64,000 nt of DNA from Chlorokybus atmophyticus (lineage: Eukaryota > Plantae > Mesostigma and Chlorokybus algae): assembly GCA_009103225.1 (NCBI GenBank), contig RHPI01002699.1, forward strand, positions 286,578 through 350,577, read 5' to 3'. Below the pieces are notes generated by a model. That model saw nothing but the letters and a program-made list of their open reading frames with translations. It was not told the DNA's origin and made no database searches. This document shows positions 14,580 through 27,319 of the stretch, in pieces (position 1 is the stretch's first letter; each line of letters starts with the position of its first letter). Made by a program: the position numbers and the translations under genes.

Positions 14580-16920
14580 ATGGCGGCGGCGTTGTCAGTG
14601 GCGGCATGCATGGGGTTGGGGGCATTGCAGGTCAGGATCCAGGGGCCCAGACACGTGTCGCGCTCGCAGAACCGGCTGCAGCTGAAGACGCAGCAGCTGT
14701 GCCGTCGCCGCTGCGCTGTCACTAGCTGCCAGCTGGCTGGGCCTCAGCCGCCACCTGTCAGCACCAATGCCGTCAGCGATGTCGCTGAGGCCGTCTCCGA
14801 CATCGCTGACGGGGTCGCTGGAGGGGTTCAGGAAGCTAAGGCAGCCGTCGCAGCTGTAGCGGACGTTGACATGCGGCAGCTGAGAAGGTGAGGTAAGGGT
14901 GCATTGCCAAATGCACACACATACACATGCGCACACATACACGCACACAACATTCGCACACGCACATGCATATGCACATGCACGCCAACCGAGTTTGTTT
15001 CTCTCTTAATCTGCTGTCAACTTGAAGCCTTGCTTGTTAGTTTCCAGCATTGGAGATGGCTAATAAGCATGCAATGCAGCCATGTGTGAACATGCGTGCT
15101 TGCAACTATCCTACAGCTTTTATGTCACTGCTTGTGTCAACACTGCAGGTCGCATCGCTCATACAGACATCTATGTCGACAGTACTATGCTGCGCAGTAA
15201 CATAGACGGTGTGTCACAGCAAATACATAATGTACAACAACACAGAACAGTCGAATTCACGACTCTATGTCAATATCACCCAGGTTTTTGCTAGCTTCTG
15301 CTACATTATTATCTTCTCAAGCGAGTGCTTTTGGTGGTGCAAGCCTTATACCACACTGTCCTGACACTACAAGGACAGTGTTTGTGGTTGACCTGGCTGA
15401 TTGGTGCTTCACCAATCGAAGCGACCTGCATGTTGTTGTTTGCCGTGAGACACATACATGCACAGGCATTGCACTGGCGCGCGCACGCGCAGAAGTAGTG
15501 CGCGCTCATGCTCGGGCACACCTGCGCTCACGCACGCACGTACACGCGTGCGTGACGGTATGCACGTATTTGCACAGGCACCGCCCACCCACGCATGCAT
15601 GCACGGAGAGCATCACGACCACACCAACCAACAACAACCACAGTGTGCTGATTGTCACCATGCCCACTCCGTCGTGCCCACCCAGGTACCGCACGCTCCT
15701 CGCGCCCTTCTTCGAGCGCGAGACTGTCCTCACGCCCCTCGCGGATGGCGTCTGGGCGCTCGAGCAGCCAGCCGGACTCTTCGGCATCGATTTTGGTAAA
15801 CGACGGCAGTTTGGTGTTTGCAGTTAATTAATGTCTTGTGTTACACGCGTGCATACATTTGTTGTGCTTGTTGGATCATTCTCATGCAAGCGGTTGCTTC
15901 TACCAGGTCTTCGCATGGTGGCTGTGAAGCTTGCTGATGGCTCCCTAGCCCTTATCAACCCGGTAGGTAAGGCACGCCTATTGCAGCGCTTCAGCTATGC
16001 TTGTTGGCTTCCATAATCACCCAAACATCCTCACCACGCAACTGCTATGGTTGCGCCATTGCAACATCTACGGTCTATCCATACATTTGTCTTGAGCACA
16101 AGTGTTATTGTTGTCTCTGCAGCATTGACAGAGGAGTGCAAGCAGCAGTTAGCTTCTCTCTCCTCGCACATCTCTCACCTCCTCATCCTCAACACCAACA
16201 TCGAGCACCGTTACTTCGCTTGCGACTACACATCCACATATTCCAACATAACTATCTCCGCCCCCGAGCCGTTCCTCTCTTCTCCACCCAAAGAGCTTCC
16301 CCGCGTCAACTACGCCCTAACCAACATGCCGAAGGAGTTGAAAGACAAGTTTGATGTGGCTGTGTTGAAAGTTGATGCGTTTGAAGAGTGCGTGCTGTGG
16401 CATAAAGAGAGCGGGAGCGTGCTTGTGGGAGATGTGGTGATGCATGTGACGGAGAGGTTTGCGCGCAACGGGTTGTTCCGAAGCCTGCTGAAGGTGAGCA
16501 AAGCTGGGAACCAGGATATTTGTTCAAGTTGTCGTGTCATCAACCCTCACAAGCGACAAGCAAACACTCTCAAACCCAACATGCACATGCTTCATTAGCA
16601 GTGATGACTACTGTGTGCATGTCACTCACTCATGTGTTTCAGATTGTTGGGTTTTACGATCGGCCGGGAATATTGCCACCGCTCGATAAGTTGATGGTGC
16701 AAAAGCCGCACATGGAGCAAGCACAGGTAAGTATTTGGCACATGCAATGTTGTTGGGATAAGGTCGTTCATGTTCTAGTCACATTACGATTGTGTGTCAA
16801 CAGGTTGCGGTGAGACACATGGCCACATGGGACATCACAAGGTGGGTGCCTGGCCATGGTGAAGTTGTGGAGGACAATGCTGCAGAGTTGTTCAAGAAAG
16901 AGTTTGCTGCTTTGCTGTAG
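14580..16920 (+). CDS. Plastid-targeted DUF4336-like (metallo-beta-lactamase-fold-like) protein; multi-exon
   Basis: Transit peptide, then DGVWALEQP, LRMVAVKLADGSLALINPV, ECVLWHKESGSVLVGD and WDITRWVPGHG, resembling DUF4336 motifs as recalled. Confidence 0.7.
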
Positions 16921-17315
16921 AGTGGGTTTGCTTAGTGTGATTATTTTGAGTTTGCTACAAGTGGTGTAAATCAGCTGCTATAGCTGTTTGTGGTAGCACC
17001 TGTGTGCAATAGCACGACAAACCTATCAATAAGACCAATGTGTACATGTCGTGTGTTGGCGAACCAATTGTTGTGTGTATGTAGGAGGTTGGGGAACCAA
17101 CAGCTGGTGTGTACAACAAATACACCGTGGCATTGCTCACGTGCTTGTCCAAACAAGGATGACATAAAGGCTGTCCATGGAATCAGATTAAGTACAGGTG
17201 AATGTTGACTAGAACTAAAAACCGGTACAAGAATGGAGCAAAACATGCTAAGAAATTATGATGGTACAGGGAGCTTGTGTGTTTTTACAGGTGTGCTGCT
17301 GCATCATCATCATCA

Positions 17316-19059
17316 TCAAAGCTCAAACTCTGCTGGGTTGATGCCGGCAGCATTGCACGCCTCCTTCACAATCTTCTTTTCTTTCTTGTCGAAATTGCCG
17401 TCTGCTCCGCCGATGACTATGCCAACCTGTTCCATGGCAGTGACAGTCAACACCAAGACGTGTAACATATCCCTGCATATGCGTGCAAACTGTGATTGTG
17501 GTGTGCGTGACATTACAGACGGTTGCCTTCATGTGCTATGCAGACATGTGCACATGCATGCAGGCAGGCTGTGACAATAGCAACTGTGTTGCGTATGCGC
17601 GTAACATACAAGTGAATATCGCATATACACATGCAGATGTAATACCTGTATAACCGCGCGCGCCTGCTCAGGCTTCTTCCTCAACTTGCCGACAAGCTGA
17701 AGAAGCTCAATAGACCCAAACTGCGACAACATGATGGTGTAATACACCAAAACAACTCTCCCCCCCCCCCCACCCACCCACACCCACACCCACACTCTCC
17801 ACGCGCACGCGCACACACACACGCACAAACCCACCTTATGCTGCCACGTCACGCTGCCATCAACAACAGACACAACATTCTGCACAAAGCCACATCCCCC
17901 CCTCTCACCTCGAAGTCCCTTTCCAATTTGTCGCAGTACGCCTCGTACTTGGCTCTCAGGTCCTCCAAGTTGAACACTTTGAGCGCGTCGTTGCTGACGA
18001 TGAAGGCGGCCGTCTTGCGACGCTCCGACGCGTCGATCGTGCCGTCGGCCGCGGCGACCAGGGCGCACATCGCCATCGCGGCCTGGGTGGGTGAGTGGGG
18101 GTGCGTGTCGGTGGGGGTGCGGGCGTGAGTACACGCGTGTGCGCACGTGTGCATGGGTGTGTGCGTGTGTGCACGCATATGTTGTGTGGAAGTCAGAAGT
18201 TCGTTTACTCGTTTAATTTTATATTTTATATGCTGAGCTGTGCAAGCAAGCGTAATTTATGCTGACAACAATGCTGGGTGCCAATATTGTGATGCATACA
18301 TGCTGTCAGTATGCAGTTTAATAGGAACTGTTGGCATTACTATATCAGTGTACTAAGAAGCCAACTCAGTACGAGAGAGAAAACTAATGCTTATGCCATT
18401 GTAATGAACCGTGTCCTGCCATGCGAATTGTCATAAACAGCACAAGTACAGTTCAGTGGTATCACAAGTATGATCGACCAGCACTAGCATTACCAGCCGT
18501 TGACATAAACGACTCACGTCAATCATGCTGTGTGCATGCTGGTACATGCTGCATTGAGCAAGAGCCATGCATGCATTGACAACAATCCTGCTTCAAGTGC
18601 AACATGCCACACAACAACAACAACAACAACGCCATGCAACACGCCATATGCCATATTGAGCAACACACACTCACGTCGGCAAACTCCTGGTTGTTGTATT
18701 TGGCGATGGTGTTCTGCAGATTCAGTCCCAGTTTGGGCAGGTTGTTCTTGAAGTCCGCCCACAGGCCCTTCAGGTTGGGCTGGGCCGAGACCACCACCGG
18801 AGACCTCCTGCGGGAGGAGAGGCGGAGAGGGGAGGACGACACCGGCTTGATGGGAAGAGACCTGGGCAATGTAAGTGATGAGAAGGAGGAGAAGGAGGAG
18901 AAGGAGGGGGAGGAGGAGGAGGATAGCCATGAGTACAGTGCCCTGCATAGCTTACCTGAAGCTGCGACGGCCGTCGCCGAGTGTTGCGCGTGTTGCATTT
19001 ACGCGTGTAGGCTGAGTAAGGGCGGCTGAGCATACCACCATCATCGTCGCTGCCGCCAT
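17316..19059 (-). CDS. Plastid-targeted TerB-family (tellurite-resistance) protein of actinobacterial type; 5 exons (19059-18956, 18861-18675, 18082-17909, 17720-17646, 17426-17316)
   Basis: Spliced product is a transit peptide plus ..EFADAAMAMCALVAAADGTIDASERRK..FEFGSIELLQLVGKLRKKPEQARAVIQVGIVIGGADGNFDKKEKKIVKEACNAAGINPAEFEL*. It has two TerB helical repeats (AADG..D..E, GADG.FD..E), and all junctions are GT-AG and in phase. Confidence 0.85.
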
Positions 19060-19815
19060 GGTCGCCAACGACGATGCCGACAATAAGGCGGCGAACAAAG
19101 ACTGTCAGCCGTCGATGGGATGAAGGATTGGATAGCTACAATCAGACGGTGTTGCGTATAATCAGCGTACTGTACACGTGGCAGTACCGAAAGCCTCCGA
19201 CTATCAGCATCCGACGCTTTGAAGCCCCTTGAGTTGTGCTGCTTGTGCTCCTTACGCACAAGAAGCACAACGAGCTTGGTGACTGTGACGCCACTACCAG
19301 TTGGTATCTGGCAATTGTAAACTGGTAGTGGCAATGGCCATTTGCTACACTGATGGCTTGGACGGGCAGTGCCAGTGGCAGACTGGTACTGGTACTGGCG
19401 CTGGCTGGTGGCAGGTGTCGCTTCGTGTCCAGCACGTGCCAGGAACAGTTACTGTAAAGATTTGAAATCGCAGAAACATTGAGAAACGGCTCCCGCGGAC
19501 CGCAATCCTCGGTCAGGTTAACCAAGACAAGTGAACTCGCTCAACAATGGCTGTAACTGCACAAATTACCGTTAAGCTTACTCAACAACTAGCCCAAGGG
19601 GCAGCAGTTTAACTTCAACAAGTGCCTCGAGCGTTCAACTTCAACGAAGTCCAATTCAGGCTGAGTTATTCAGCTGACAATGCAGTTGCGATTTGACTGG
19701 CTTCGTGGAGTTTGACAGCTTTCGAAAAATCATAACGGCTTCTTCGGTGGGGACGTCGGCGAGGTGGCCGGCGGCGTAGCTGCTGTATTTTGTTGCATTA
19801 TTATTGTCGTTGAGG

Positions 19816-19824
19816 TTAGGGTTT
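19816..19824 (-). promoter_or_regulatory. Telo-box (AAACCCTAA on the minus strand) just upstream of the ICME ATG
   Basis: TTAGGGTTT about 15 nt before ATG 19840. Confidence 0.35.
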
Positions 19825-19839
19825 GAGAGCAGGGCGGCG

Positions 19840-22374
19840 ATGGCCGCGGCGGCGGCCGTGATGTTGGCTGCGGGGGTGGAGCTGATCACCGTCGGAGAGG
19901 AGGACGGCAATGGCCACGGCAGCGGCGGGGGCGGCGGCGGCGCTGGGATCAGCAGCGCTCAGGCTCAGCAGGCGCTGAAGAGGCGGCAGTACAAGCTGGC
20001 TAGGTTGACTGCCAGGCTTGCTGCCTCAGGAGGTGGAGGAGGAGGAGGAGGAGGTGGAGGCGGAGCGTTGACAGGGGCGGCGTGCTGCTCCGCCACTGGG
20101 GTGGCGTCGCCGGCATGGCTGCCTAGGGGCAGCAGCTTCGGCAGCTCTTCCAGCCTGGACGGAGTGATCCAGCCGCCTGGCAGGCGTCAGGGAAACCTCT
20201 CCCGTCCGCCGTCGCCCTGCTCGACCAGCAGCGATGCTGGCGGTGATGAGGCTGGCGTCGGCCTCCTCCGTCCCCTTGTCCGTGGCGCCCGCAGCGTTGT
20301 TGCTGAGCTTGTGCACTGCGTCCTTGAGACAGTCCTACTGGGCCGCCTTGCTGTCCGCCTAGCTCGCGCCCTTGGCCTGGGCGCTCAGTGGATTCGCAAG
20401 CTTGGAGCGCTGCTCATTTATGCCACACTGCTTACGCCAGGCTTCTTGCAGGTGAGTTAGACATTCGCATTGCTAGGTGGACATGTGCAAGACACAGTAA
20501 TACTATCACTAACGAAGAGTGATACATTGCACATTGCAAGCAAATCTTCTCCGAGGAAATGGTACTGATGTTGTGGTTTGCACAAGTTCATGCATCAACA
20601 TATGAGATGTGCTCTCGCGGACAGATGCTTAACTGCGTGAGTGCATGTGTGCTTGCCAAACCAGTGCGTAGTAATGATATGCTAAGAGCCACACGCACGA
20701 GAGTGTGTTCATGCGTGTTTTTGCACGCGTGTTCTGTATTTTGGGTGCTGGTTTGTGCGCCCACGCACTCCACTATCACCCATGCACATGTGTCTGCTCA
20801 TCACTTCCGTATACTGTTCTGTGTCATGTGCACACTGTTTATTGACATGTTGGGTTTTATTGTTCAGGTGTTGGCGTTCTTTCTGTCTTCTCCACGAGTG
20901 CTGAAGTCAGTTGTGTACGGCCCAAAGCCGCGCAATCGTCTCGATCTCTTTCTGCCACCGGAGGAGGAAGTCGAGGGCGGTCCTTCACCGCAACAGAGCC
21001 AGCATCCGAAGCCTGTTGTGGTGTTTCTAACAGGCGGCGCCTGGATTATTGGTAAGATAATGCATGCGGGAGTGTTTGCAGGCTGCAGTTACTGTATGCG
21101 TCTTAAGCGCGTGCAAGCCAAGCCGCATGGCGCTTCAGCACAGCAGTATCCAACTGATGCTATAGCAACACAGTAACAGTATTTACGTGTGTGTACTGCA
21201 GGGTACAAAGGATGGGGCGCATTGCTTGGCAAGGTACAACATACCCATGCACCCAAACGCACACACAGGCACATGCACATGCACATGCGTGAATGCACAC
21301 TCACACAGACGGGCGCGTACACACACAAGCACGCGCACCTTACAAGCACACATGGAAGCACACACAGACTCAGGCACACATACGTATCAGACGCACGCAT
21401 GCACATGTGCATGTAAGAACCGGCATGTTTCGCACTAACCATAACGTGACATTGAAGTTGTAGCAACAAAGCTCTCCCAACTTGCAGGTGTTGTCTGAGA
21501 GAGGAGTCATCGTCGCATGTTTAGACTACAGGAACTTCCCTCAAGGCACCATTTCAGATATGGTTGAGGACGTCTCCTGTGGCCTGCAATGGGTCCTGGA
21601 GAACGCGCATTGTTATGGCGGCGACACTTCACAGGTCAGCACGTACAACCACATTGGTGATACAGATGGATATGTGGACATGTGTGCTTGTGTGCTCGCT
21701 ATAAAGCTTGAATTGACAGAAGTGTATCACTGTAGGTGACGATTGTGGGGCAGTCTGCAGGCGCCCACTTGGGCGCCACAGCTTTACTTCAGCAGGCAGA
21801 AAGGGAGTTGAGGGGTGAGAGCGTTAGCTGGGGTTGTGCCAACATACACGCCTTCATAGGCGTCTCCGGTCCTTATGATCTCGCTGGCATCATTGACCAT
21901 TTCGACAAGCGCGGGCTGTCGCGTTCCGTATTCTTGTCCATTATGGAAGGGGAGGAGTCTCTTGCAGCCTTCTCGCCAACATGCATTGTGCAGGCGCAGT
22001 TGTCCTCTCACCTCGCAAACTGGCAAGACCGCATGTCGACACAACAACTGGAGCCGCTGATGGCGCGCATACTCCCCCCGTGCATGCTACTACACGGCAC
22101 ATCCGACTCATCCATCCCATGGCAAAGCTCTGAAGAGTTTGCTGCGGCTTTGCAGTCGATCGGTGCACCGGTCTGGGTGAAGTATTATGAGGGAAAGACC
22201 CACACCGATCCCATTGTGGAAATACCGTTGTTGGGTGAGAGGGACGAGCTCGTGGAAGACATCCTCAGAGTTGTGTGCGGGGATGCGATGATGGAAGAGT
22301 ACAGCCAACGCCCTGGTAGACGATACGTGCCTGACTTTTTGGTTAACTGGGCACGCAAAATATGTCCCTTCTGA
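19840..22374 (+). CDS. ICME: Isoprenylcysteine alpha-carbonyl methylesterase (ICME/PCME-like); multi-exon
   Basis: YGPKPRNRLDLFLP, PVVVFLTGGAWIIGYKGWG, DYRNFPQGTISDMVED, nucleophile elbow GQSAGAHL, LLHGTSD and YEGKTHTD, all typical of plant ICME. Confidence 0.88.
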
Positions 22375-23044
22375 AGCTACTAAGCAGCCGCAACGCTATA
22401 TTTATGTGTTGCACCAGCGTCCATGCGCGAAACGTTGTATCATACATTGGCTTATGTATGTGAGCTGCGTAGAGAGTAGGCTGCGCAGTCAACTTCGCAT
22501 TGACTGGTAGTTTCGTACAGGTGGTAGATTGTGTGCTTGTGTGTGTTTTGGTCCTGACCACCAGCAGCATTAGAATGTGTGCTGATGACCAGTGGTGAGT
22601 TTTGGTAGCTTAGCACAGTACTGTCCCCTGTGGTAAGTATAGGTTCAAGCGCTATTAATCTGTGACCGTGTGGGGGTAGAACTACGGGAGCAAATGCCTG
22701 CGAACAGATGCAATCTCTAGATCGCAAATACCAAAGCACGAAACTACCATGGAATCGCACCTCATCTCAAAGTCCTTGCCTTGCGCATGCAGCTGCTGTA
22801 AAGTTGCGAGGCAATCATGATGGGTAGAGTGGCCTCCTGGTGGGTAGAGAGGCGATGAAAATCACTTGCACTCTGCAACTTCCAAATCCTGGAAAATAGC
22901 CTCGTAGAGGCAGTGCAGTCATAGTCAATTCACCAATATGCTACAACCCAGGACTACTGGGGAATCGTGTATACCGTACATACGCTACATAACCGACAAC
23001 TCAACGAGCTGATAACAAAATCAACAACGCAACAGGCCAAGCCT

Positions 23045-26000
23045 TCAAGTCAATAGATTTTTTAAACTCAACCGCCGCTTGCTGCTGCCAGAAGACACAG
23101 TGCTTTGGCCACTGTCACTGTTGAACAAACTGCTGCGGTGAGTGTTGTCTGGGCTTGGCGCCGCATCCCTAGTAGTCACGCCGCTCTGCGAAACAAACAC
23201 GCTTGGAGCAGTCGATACATGTTGAGCACGTTCGCTCCGCATGCTGCGGCTGATCTTGTTCTTCTTATCAAGCGCTTGTTGCTTGTCGGGTGGCAGCAGC
23301 GAGAAGCACGCCTCGCACAAGCACGTGGACTCTAGGTCGCACTTGCCGGCGGGACCGTGAGGTGAGTAGCGCGTGTGCTCGGGACAGATCACGCCCTGGC
23401 AGCCACCGCAGTAGTGTCTCCTAAATGTCATACGCCAATCCCCGAGCTTGTACCAGCGATCAAAACGTGCACGACAGCCATCAACCTTGCACCTGCCAAC
23501 CACCAGTGTGCAGTGAGTTACTGCCATCCTGGACAACTGCTGGTCACATAGAGGTGAAGCATATTGGAAGACAGCCTGATACCTGTAGCGCATGCGGTCT
23601 GGATCATTCCTTTTGCTGCCTGAGTTTTTGCCATGTCCACCACCGGTTTGCTCATTTCTCTGCACACGCGCATGTCATGACCATGCAGCAAAAGACATTC
23701 CAAGTATCACCTGTGAGAAGAACGCAAGCTGATGCTGCTTACCCTGGACAGCGCGGGTGAGCCTCCTTCATCTTCTGAAGCAGGTGTGCTACCATCTCCA
23801 GTCTACAGGCAAACAACGAGGTCAACTGACGCAACTACTCTTGCAAACGTGCAAAGAGCAACCCCCGGCATACCCGGCGCGCAATGTCAATGTCAGTCGG
23901 ATGCACAAGGCCCATTGCACGCATATTCCTGACCAGCTCAGCCACAACTTCCATCCCATCTGATCTTGTCTGAGGACTGTCTCTTCCGGAACTGCTGCCG
24001 CCGTCTGCGTGCCGGCTCATGTTGATGTCACTGTCAAATGAAACATTGTCAATGGCATACATTTTTGTTGTTGTACTTCGGCTTGCTGTGCTTATTGTCT
24101 GCGCAAGTGTGCCGCTCAGCAACACTGCGCTGGTTATGCCACAGAAGTTTATACCTCAGGACTCGTGTGAGCTCCCTCCTGAGCCTCCTCTCATCCCACT
24201 CATCAACGTCGGTGACTCCCGCCTCAAGCATGGGACTCTCTGATCCCGCACCGCTGTTCAGATCAGGCTGCATTAGCACATGCACGCACACAGATACACC
24301 CTTGCATGCGCACGCATATGCGCACTACCTGCTCTCGTAGCCTGAAGACAGGTGCATTGCATCCCCGGCAGCGTCAACAGAAGTGCCGCTGCTGTCATCC
24401 GTAGGACTGGTCGCCTGGCTGCGCAAAGCTTTCTGCTGCTCCAATAGTATTACCATCTGCGCCATGCACCGCATGGTCGACCAGTGCCGGCTGCGCACCC
24501 CTGCTGATAGGTCAACACCAGCTCAACTTGTGCCAGGCACCCATCATCTACACAAAGGTTACATGAGCTGAACAACCTTCCTATGGGCTGGGCAACAAAC
24601 CTGCTGGCAATGGCATAGGAAGCGGAGGCTTTCCATGAAGACCTGAGAGCCACAAACATTGGGAGTTACAGCACACACACTAGACACACACACACCCTTA
24701 GCCATTATGTTCAAGATGTTGCGCGTTCAGGAAAATTATTGTGATGCCAGCCAGATGTGGCTATCATCGCGTACGCTCACCGCTTGGTTTGTTGTCACTG
24801 GGAGGGCGTGGGGGTCGCGGGTTGGGCGATAGTGGGCTGGAGCGTTGCACCACCTGAAGGTTCGGGTTGGAGCGTGACTTGCTCAGGCCGCGTGCAGCAA
24901 CAGGTGGTTCTGTCGGGGCGATTGCAATGGGCGCAATGGGTGCCGACTTGCTCGACTCATACATGCGGGCTTCAAGACCGTTAGCCATGAGATCAGGAGG
25001 AGGAACAGGAGAAGTTGCAGCAGAAACAAGCTGCTTGGCGGGTGTTTTGTGATACATTGCGTGAGACCATAACCCGTACAGTACAACAGCACCAAGTACT
25101 GCTGATACGACCATGACAGGCAGTGAAGCATTGAAGCTGCTTTTCGAACTGCGTGGCTGAGCTGCAGTTTTGCAGTCTACTGTAGCCGGCTTGCTGTGAC
25201 CATATGCACCCCATGCGGTGACCCTGCCAGGGCATAAACCATCAGCACCTTGACAGACCATGCCATGTCCCCTCCTGTTGAGCGCAACTCACCTGTATGA
25301 GTAGACAGTGTCTGGTTGCAAGTTTCGGTCGAGGTAACCCGTGTCCGTGATTGCTCCATAGAGCTCCCAATACGGGTTGTGCTCTGACCTCCGCCTGATC
25401 TCATACGAATGCACGGGTGGAAAGCCTTCTTGTTCGGGAGGGTCCCACTGCAGTAAACAGGCACCTGAGTCAACGTGTGCAAACACTGCAGTGAAAGGCT
25501 TAGCATAAGAAGCGCGTAACACACCTGCAATGCAACCTTGTCACCATTCACGCTGCACGCCAGTTGCGAGGGCTCACTGGGAGCTGCAGAAAAACAGCTA
25601 TGTTCAATTGCTGCCCTCCAGATTGTGTGTTGTATACATGTGTCGTGCCACGCAGCGCATTTGAAAATAGCGCACCTTTGCCTATCCCAAGCACTTGCAT
25701 CTTGAGAGCACGCAACAGCTGCTCGCGATGAAGGCGTGATGTGACCCCGAGGTCTCGGTCGAGGGCAGCTCCATCCTGCGCAAGCAGCGTCGGGAAGTCC
25801 AACGCTGTAACGGCATTTGCTGCAAATGCTTTAGAGTACTGAGGCAACTTGACCCCGTGTGCAACCCACTCCGCGACTGCATCCGCTGTCAACTTTGCAT
25901 CCCTTCGCGCCTGACCAAGAAGGGAGAGTTGGCATGAATGCCAACTTTGGTACAGTGTGCACAACGTAGCGTGCACATAACTACATGTACTCGTTACACT

Positions 26001-26993
26001 GCATGTGGTACTATGCCACATGCTTACATGCATTCATACATTCTGCCGTGTGTGCACGTCACAGGTGAATGGCTAGTGTTGTGCCTGCAGTGTGCTTGAG
26101 GGTGGTTTGTGGTGAAGCAGTCACCAGGCTAGTAACTAGGATGGTTGACACATACCAAGTGGGACAGAAGCTCTGTTTCAGAGATGGTCAGCCCATGGTT
26201 GACATCGAGGTGGCCAAGTAGCTGTTTAACGCCCTGCTTGATCTCTGCTTCGCTGTCAAAATCCGGCGAGTCGCCCAGCTGCTGGCCCACAAACTCCCGT
26301 GCCTCCTCACTGTCGATCGCACCGTCCAAGTTGCGATCCAACGACCTGAAGAACGCCCTGGCTGCTGCTGTTGCCTCCTTTGCTCCTTCTTCTTTTCCTA
26401 CACGCACAATGCAGTGTAACATGCAAGCCCATGTAACATTGAGCTTACTGTGCACACACCAATTACAAGTTGTATGTCCAGTGCAAGCTGCGGAAGAATG
26501 CGTGTGCAGTTGACTGTCTGCTCCGTCAGCAGCTGCTATGGATATTTTCGCTTGCTTTTGCAAGTAAATCTCATATCAATATCAGCGTCAAGTACCATCA
26601 GTTCCATCACTCATATAGATCTACCAGCCCAAGAGAGAACAATGCACCGTGTCTTTGCATTTTACAGTCAGTTCAATCACCTCTTTCTAAGCACAACTCA
26701 ACACAAACGTAGTTGGCCATTGCTCACTGTCTAACTATGAAGCTTAACACCGCTGTCAAAAACGAGCAACTGATTTGTGAATTACGACGTGGCAGCCCCG
26801 AACAAAGCACACATATGCTCACAAGCAAATCGCATTGAATGAACATGAACGCAAATGCAAGCAGAATGCCAGCACAATCGGTTGAGGCACACGGCCCGCT
26901 TGACTGCTTACCAGCTGCGGGTGCAGTGGCGGCGACCAAACACGACAATGCAAACAGCAGGATAGCAGCCCGCAGCCGGACACGCCACGTCAT
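23045..26993 (-). CDS. Single-pass membrane protein: signal peptide - EF-hand pair - SAM - fibronectin type III - TM - low-complexity linker - FYVE-like Zn finger (STIM-like luminal EF-SAM)
   Basis: Signal peptide MTWRVRLRAAILLFALSCLVAATAPA. EF-hand DRNLDGAIDSEE plus a degenerate second hand DVNHGLTISETE. SAM AVAEWVAHGVKLPQYSKAF..LGVTSRLHREQLLRAL. FN3 APSEP..LQWDPP..LQPDTVYSYRVTAWGAYGHS. TM VMVVSAVLGAVVLYGLW. C-terminal CKVDGC..F..RRHYCGGCQGVICPEH..LCEAC. A phase-compatible GT-AG path joins all parts; the link through 24780-23650 is the least certain. Confidence 0.7.
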
Positions 26994-27319
26994 CTGAGGC
27001 AATGCATGTCCCGCAGAACAATACCGCCACCGCCACCGCCACCGTCGCCGCCCCCTGCCGCTGATCGCCACGTAACAGTGCGGGTTTAGGGCGTCGCAAC
27101 GGGATCACTCAGCCAGTGAGCACCGCAGCGATCATCATATATGATCGTGGGTTCAGTGCTCGAGGATGATCGCGGAATCAATGATAAATTATGATCACTG
27201 TTGATCGCAACCTCAGTGATCATGCTGACAGCGATGAATACAAAGTGATCTTGCCATTGCCTTGTGATCACTTGTGAGCAAGCCTGGTTGAGATTCAAGT
27301 CCCAATCACGTTCAAAGAG

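Noticed and set aside
17316-19059. Bacterial contamination as the source of the TerB-like (and glycosidase-like) sequences
   Set aside because: Both are interrupted by GT-AG introns with host-type RY tracts and sit between ordinary algal genes.
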